Part shown: positions 27,588 through 30,945 of the stretch, piece by piece
How the letters are laid out: every line of letters begins with the position of its first letter
Numbering within the stretch: position 1 is the first letter of the stretch
Virus record (IMG/VR): IMGVR_UViG_3300025073_000623
Coordinates: 1-30,945 of that record
Source of the DNA: a virus
Lineage: Duplodnaviria; Caudoviricetes
Length of the DNA stretch: 30,945 nucleotides
Reading direction: 5' to 3' (one strand)
Made by a program: the position numbers and the translations under genes
Notes under the pieces: generated by a model
The model's database searches: none
Seen by the model: only the letters and a program-made list of their open reading frames with translations
Told to the model about the DNA's origin: nothing

Positions 27588-27902
27588 TCAAGGGTAAGTC
27601 AAACTCTCCCAAGTGTCATATACGCTCCTGTAGACTTCCTCAGGTCTACAAGATATGGCTTTTGAATCACTTACTTGCGTCTCAGTAAGAAAGAAGGCCA
27701 CAAGTTTGTCTTGCTTTTCGAAAATGATCTCCACATATTGCCACTCCCACTCTCGTAGCGCCTGGACCAGTAACGACAATGTCTCATAGTCAGGTCCTTC
27801 GTAAAGTCTACATACAAAAGGCACTGACATTAGGGGTACACCTATATTAGACGTGTCACGGTAGCAGGGGCTCCCATCGCGGTAGCACACTTGCATTCCC
27901 AT
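27588..27902 (-). CDS. Hypothetical protein
   Basis: 104-aa ORF filling the gap between putative terS and terL. Start uncertain. Confidence 0.5.
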   Translation of the reverse strand: MGMQVCYRDGSPCYRDTSNIGVPLMSVPFVCRLYEGPDYETLSLLVQALREWEWQYVEIIFEKQDKLVAFFLTETQVSDSKAISCRPEEVYRSVYDTWESLTYP

Positions 27903-28575
27903 GCGTTTCCTTTGTTTCCTTCTTCTCTGGCTCGATAACTAATACTGTTCGGCCAGAGCCATCACCCAACTCCTCCAGAGATACCGGCGCACGGCCAACA
28001 AGCGAAGCTTCTGATACCTCCGTGCGCTGCGGAGTACTCATTTCGATCAACCGCGCAGCAGTCGTGGCCGCCGTGGCCGCCGAATCAGCTGTTTTGAGCA
28101 TGTCATGTAACCGTTCTCTGGGAATTGGTACACCTCTTTCAATATAACCATCAATAAAAGCCATCTGATGTACATACATCCGTTGAAGCCCGTTTGCGCG
28201 TTCAGTTGCGTGTTCCAAAAGCCTTTGAACCCGCGGATCTTCAGCAGATACCGCGCTTTCTGTGGTGGTAACCGTAACAGCAGCGGTGCCAGAAGCAACA
28301 ACAAGGGGAGATGCCATACCGGCTGCGGTCTGTACTTGTACCTGGTACTCCGGAGAAGCTAGCGCCCGCTCTCGAAGGGAAACGTACTGTTCTCGGCTGA
28401 GTGTAACCCCGGTGAGAGCGCTTATCTGTGAAATGGCAGATACCGGTGTTGCCCGGAGTGCGACAAGCTCACAAAGATGTTCTCGCAACACCTCATTCGC
28501 CCATAAAGGGGCCAAGGTATCTGGCGTTTTGTTTAAGACCGCGCGCAGGCGACTTCTCATCTCAACAGGGTTCAT
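27856..28575 (-). CDS. Putative terminase small subunit
   Basis: First gene after the 28596-28624 promoter, strong TAAGGAGG SD, helical character, upstream of terL. Function is positional only. Confidence 0.55.
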   Translation of the reverse strand: MNPVEMRSRLRAVLNKTPDTLAPLWANEVLREHLCELVALRATPVSAISQISALTGVTLSREQYVSLRERALASPEYQVQVQTAAGMASPLVVASGTAAVTVTTTESAVSAEDPRVQRLLEHATERANGLQRMYVHQMAFIDGYIERGVPIPRERLHDMLKTADSAATAATTAARLIEMSTPQRTEVSEASLVGRAPVSLEELGDGSGRTVLVIEPEKKETKETHGNASVLPRWEPLLP

Positions 28576-28595
28576 CTATCAAACCTCCTTATGCA

Positions 28596-28624
28596 AAGAT
28601 AGCAGACTTGTATCGGCAAAGCAA
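28596..28624 (-). promoter_or_regulatory. Sigma70-type promoter of the packaging operon
   Basis: TTGCTT (28624-28619), 17 bp, TGcTATCTT (-10 at 28601-28596), with UP-like GAAATTTTTT upstream. Confidence 0.65.
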
Positions 28625-28823
28625 GCGAAAAAATTTCAAAACAGCCTCTAATACTGAAGTTCGGTACTCCGAAGAACCTACTCAGTTGGCTAAAACGGTT
28701 GTTTGAAGTTACTTCTCCAGAGAACTTGTTCGGAAGGACTCGATTTGTAAGTGTTTTTCTGGAAAAAATTTCGTGGTAGCCTTTTCTGGTGTGCTCGAGG
28801 CCCCTGGGGGGGGCCCCACCCGC

Positions 28824-29300
28824 CTAAGTGCATGAATTCATTGAGGTTTTCGGCTGCCATCGATGTCATTTTCAAGTAATCAACTGACTATTAGACGTCT
28901 TTTTAGCCCTTGACTGTTTGCTAAGTGCTTGATTTCATTGAGGAATCGGGCTGCCACTTTTGGCATCGTCTAATAGTCAACTAATTACTTGACGCTCCTC
29001 TGCCACTTTTGGCACTGTCTAATAGTCAACTGGTTATTAGATGGTAGTACGCAAAAACAGACTGTTAGATGTATACACAACAGGTTAGATATATGCCTCT
29101 ATGGGAATATGTTTATATATCTATGTGTACATATGTGCATATGTACTCCAGAGGAGCGAGTAACAAACTGTTAGTCAGTATACCTAACAACAGTTGACTG
29201 TATCATCAACAATCAACTGGTCACTAGACGTTGACAGAAATGGCAGCATCCAGATACCGCTGACTGTTTGGTTCTCCGGAGTAGTCTGCCACTTCTGGCA
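28824..29300. repeat. Cluster of direct and inverted repeats in the main non-coding region
   Basis: CTAAGTGCwTGAwTTCATTGAGG at 28824 and 28921. CTGCCACTTyTGGCA at 28951, 29000 and 29286. GTCTAATAGTCAACT twice plus an inverted copy at 28885-28897. Palindrome GTACATATG-TG-CATATGTAC at 29127-29146. Confidence 0.85.
28922..28934 (-). promoter_or_regulatory. IHF consensus site
   Basis: Minus strand AATCAAGCACTTA matches WATCAANNNNTTR exactly. Several near-matches lie nearby. Confidence 0.5.
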
Positions 29301-29453
29301 CACATTCAAATAGTCAGATCCTTAGCGGAAAAGCTGAAAGGCCAGAACGCATTAGCGCCCCGTGGACGAACGAACGACGGGCAGGGAATGGTAAGGGTAA
29401 GGGTACCGGGAAGATCGCTAGCAAGGGCTCTGCTAGGCGCAAGGGCGAACGAC

Positions 29454-29481
29454 AAAAAACCCCGTCGCACGTGCGACGGGG
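29454..29481 (-). terminator. Rho-independent terminator of the ParB-like gene
   Basis: Perfect 22-bp palindrome CCCCGTCGCACGTGCGACGGGG (29460-29481) followed by T6 on the minus strand, about 30 bp after the stop. Confidence 0.85.
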
Positions 29482-29510
29482 CTTGAAGGGGGGGGGGAAT
29501 TCGGGCGGGT

Positions 29511-30944
29511 TTACTTCGCGGCGGCCTTGTCCAACAAAACGAGAAGATCGTCAAGCTCCGGCATCCCGAATCCAGTCATCCCGTCCGGTGCCTTGAACCC
29601 GAACGACCATGCGACCACTGCCAGCATCGCACCGTAGGAAGGAGCTGTCTTGAGCGCCGTCTGGATGCGTCCGGCCAATTCGGCCGGGCCGATCTTCGAC
29701 ATACCACCGAGCAGGCTGAGCGGAAACCTGACAGCCGACGATTCCGGCACATTCTTGTACACGTTCTGAACGGATTTTCCGCCCCTGAAGGCCGGATGGA
29801 AAAGCCCGTCTGCCTCGCGCGCTTCCCGGTCACCCGTCCCTTCGCCCGTCCCGGTCCCTTCGCCCGTCCCGGTCCCTTCGCCCGTGCCCGTGCCGGTTTC
29901 GCCCGTGCCGGTACCTTTCGCCGCGCGCCCCTTTGCCAGTGCCTCGAGCCGGCGGGTGCCGGCAGCCATTGCCTCGAGACTTGCCACCCGTCCCGGTTCG
30001 CCACCGATCTGGATGCCGATCGTCGCGTAGTCGTTCGCCGCTTTCAGGCTGATGCGGCTCTCCAGGAATGCCCGCTGGATCTCCGAATCTGCCTTGCTGA
30101 TGCGCAACAGATTGAAGTATGCCCCGCTCGGCTTCCCCTCGGAATTGAGCGCATACCCGAGCCGCTCTGCACACTGCACATCGGTCCAGCCAGCGACCTT
30201 GAATCCGACGAGGAGACCGAACTTTTCCGTTGCCTCCGCTGCTTTCGGAGCAACGTTCGCCGCAGCTTTCAGTGCCTGTATCGCGATGCGCTCCTCCGGA
30301 GAGTACACGTCAACCCACACGTTCGGATCGACCGGCGCGTTTTCCGCGATCAATTCGGTCAATCCCTGCGTTCGACGGTGCCCATTGATGAGCACATCCC
30401 AGTATGCACCGTCCTCCGATCCGGCCGGAATACGAAGCACGCTCGGAGCAAGCGTCGAGATGATACCACCCGCGCCCTTGATCGACGCCTTGAGCTCCTC
30501 GAGCGACGTGAGGCTACCTGCCGCGATTCGCGCGTCGTCGGAGAGAAAACTCCAGTCATCCTCACCGAGCAACGGTCCATGGACAGCCGGATCGAACGGC
30601 ACGAGCGTCGAGACGGGCACCTGCTCATAGGTCGGCACATGGGCCAGACCGGTTGACTGCGCTTCCTTGATTGCCTCGATCAACGCTGTGTCCAATGCCT
30701 GAACAACAAACGCAGCTCCCATAGCGGCATCCATCGCTGCGTTGAGCCGTGCGATGTCGTCGTTCGTAAATTTCTGGACGGCGGGCTTGCTGGGAGCCGG
30801 CTTGCTGGGGGCCGGCTTGCTGGGAGCCGGCTTGCTGGGGGCCGGCTTGCTGGGGGCCGGCTTGCTGGGGGCCGGCTTGCTGGGGGCCGGCTTGCTGGGG
30901 GCCGGCTTGCTGGCCGGGGATGCCGCCGGGGTAGTGGCCGGGGT
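29511..30944 (-). CDS. ParB-like protein (ParB/Srx N-domain plus HTH) with repeat-rich extensions, 5'-truncated
   Basis: LEELKASIKGAGGIISTL...VLINGHRR (GxRR arginine patch) and HTH-like GWTDVQCAERLG...LLRISKADSEIQRAFLESRISLKAA. The frame stays open upstream of 30734 to the window edge through (PSKPA)n. Confidence 0.82.
   Translation of the reverse strand, partial: TPATTPAASPASKPAPSKPAPSKPAPSKPAPSKPAPSKPAPSKPAPSKPAPSKPAVQKFTNDDIARLNAAMDAAMGAAFVVQALDTALIEAIKEAQSTGLAHVPTYEQVPVSTLVPFDPAVHGPLLGEDDWSFLSDDARIAAGSLTSLEELKASIKGAGGIISTLAPSVLRIPAGSEDGAYWDVLINGHRRTQGLTELIAENAPVDPNVWVDVYSPEERIAIQALKAAANVAPKAAEATEKFGLLVGFKVAGWTDVQCAERLGYALNSEGKPSGAYFNLLRISKADSEIQRAFLESRISLKAANDYATIGIQIGGEPGRVASLEAMAAGTRRLEALAKGRAAKGTGTGETGTGTGEGTGTGEGTGTGEGTGDREAREADGLFHPAFRGGKSVQNVYKNVPESSAVRFPLSLLGGMSKIGPAELAGRIQTALKTAPSYGAMLAVVAWSFGFKAPDGMTGFGMPELDDLLVLLDKAAAK
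29836..29915. repeat. 18-bp coding repeat encoding a (GTGEGT)n linker
   Basis: GTCCCTTCGCCCGTCCCG x2 exact plus degenerate copies. Protein reads GTGTGETGTGTGEGTGTGEGTGTGEGTG. Confidence 0.9.
30781..30913. repeat. 15-bp coding tandem repeat, about 9 copies, encoding PSKPA
   Basis: GCCGGCTTGCTGGG(G/A) units with period 15. Confidence 0.95.
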
Positions 30945-30945
30945 A

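Larger units (their letters stand above)
854..29259. repeat. Dispersed 9-bp motif CAGATACCG, about 30 exact copies on both strands
   Basis: Manual scan. Examples at 854, 1683, 2705, 4023, 6061, 10176, 14979, 23310, 29251 (+) and 1374, 3011, 7541, 21275 (-). Confidence 0.92.
137..30301. repeat. Dispersed quasi-palindromic motif CTC(CG/CA/TG)GAG, about 84 copies
   Basis: Manual scan. Examples at 555, 1729, 2873, 6135, 8257, 12185, 18968, 23350, 25725, 29274. Confidence 0.92.
1..30945 (-). mobile_element. Tailed bacteriophage (contractile tail) genome or large genome fragment
   Basis: Co-oriented terminase-portal-protease-capsid-sheath-tube-tape measure-baseplate gene order plus a phage-type replication module. 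No host housekeeping genes seen. Confidence 0.95.

Noticed and set aside
28801-28820. G/C run upstream of putative terS as a cos site
   Set aside because: TerL motifs look P22-like (headful) and no end data are available, so a cos call cannot be supported.
28951-29300. TGGCA(C) elements as sigma54 promoters
   Set aside because: There is no TTGC -12 box at the required spacing. They are better read as TGCCA-N4-TGGCA palindromes.
29379-29410. Five GGG tracts (possible G-quadruplex, TAAGGG twice)
   Set aside because: One loop is 8 nt, the tract is short, and there is no supporting context.
1250-29700. Frequent CTTCGAC/GTCGAAG heptamer as a third dispersed motif
   Set aside because: It is only modestly frequent and plausibly explained by common codon pairs (GTC GAA, TTC GAC). 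A shuffle test would be needed.
340-30656. Plus-strand ORFs in the track (e.g. 340-885, 9396-9875, 21891-22436, 29796-30656)
   Set aside because: They are antisense shadows of well-supported minus-strand genes and have no recognisable motifs.
1-30945. Stop-codon reassignment or an eCIS/tailocin instead of a phage
   Set aside because: Genes are intact and tightly packed under the standard code, and terminase, portal, protease and replication genes indicate a true phage.

Overview
This window is most or all of a small contractile-tailed (myovirus-type) dsDNA phage genome. Essentially all credible genes lie on the minus strand. Right to left: a 5'-truncated ParB-like protein with a terminator; an ~850 bp repeat-rich non-coding region; a packaging/head module (putative TerS, P22-type TerL, Mu gp29/DUF935-like portal, S49 protease with nested scaffold, putative major capsid); neck, sheath, tube, a tail chaperone with a -1 frameshift, tape measure, baseplate and fibre genes; then a replication module (primase-like protein, VapE/VirE ATPase, Dam-family methyltransferase, SF2 helicase, Fis-like HTH protein, a large acidic protein and a 3'-truncated ORF). 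No integrase, lysis gene, tRNA or CRISPR array was recognised. The main unexplained signal is not a gene. The genome carries two short motifs written into genes and intergenic DNA: the quasi-palindrome CTC(CG/CA/TG)GAG (about 84 copies by manual count, roughly one per 370 bp, about 1.4 expected at equal base frequencies) and CAGATACCG (about 30 copies, about 0.24 expected). The palindrome's extended form resembles ParB-family sites (parS/NBS) and the phage encodes a ParB-like protein, suggesting a genome-coating system. That link is inference. All counts are manual and all family calls come from motif recognition, not database searches.
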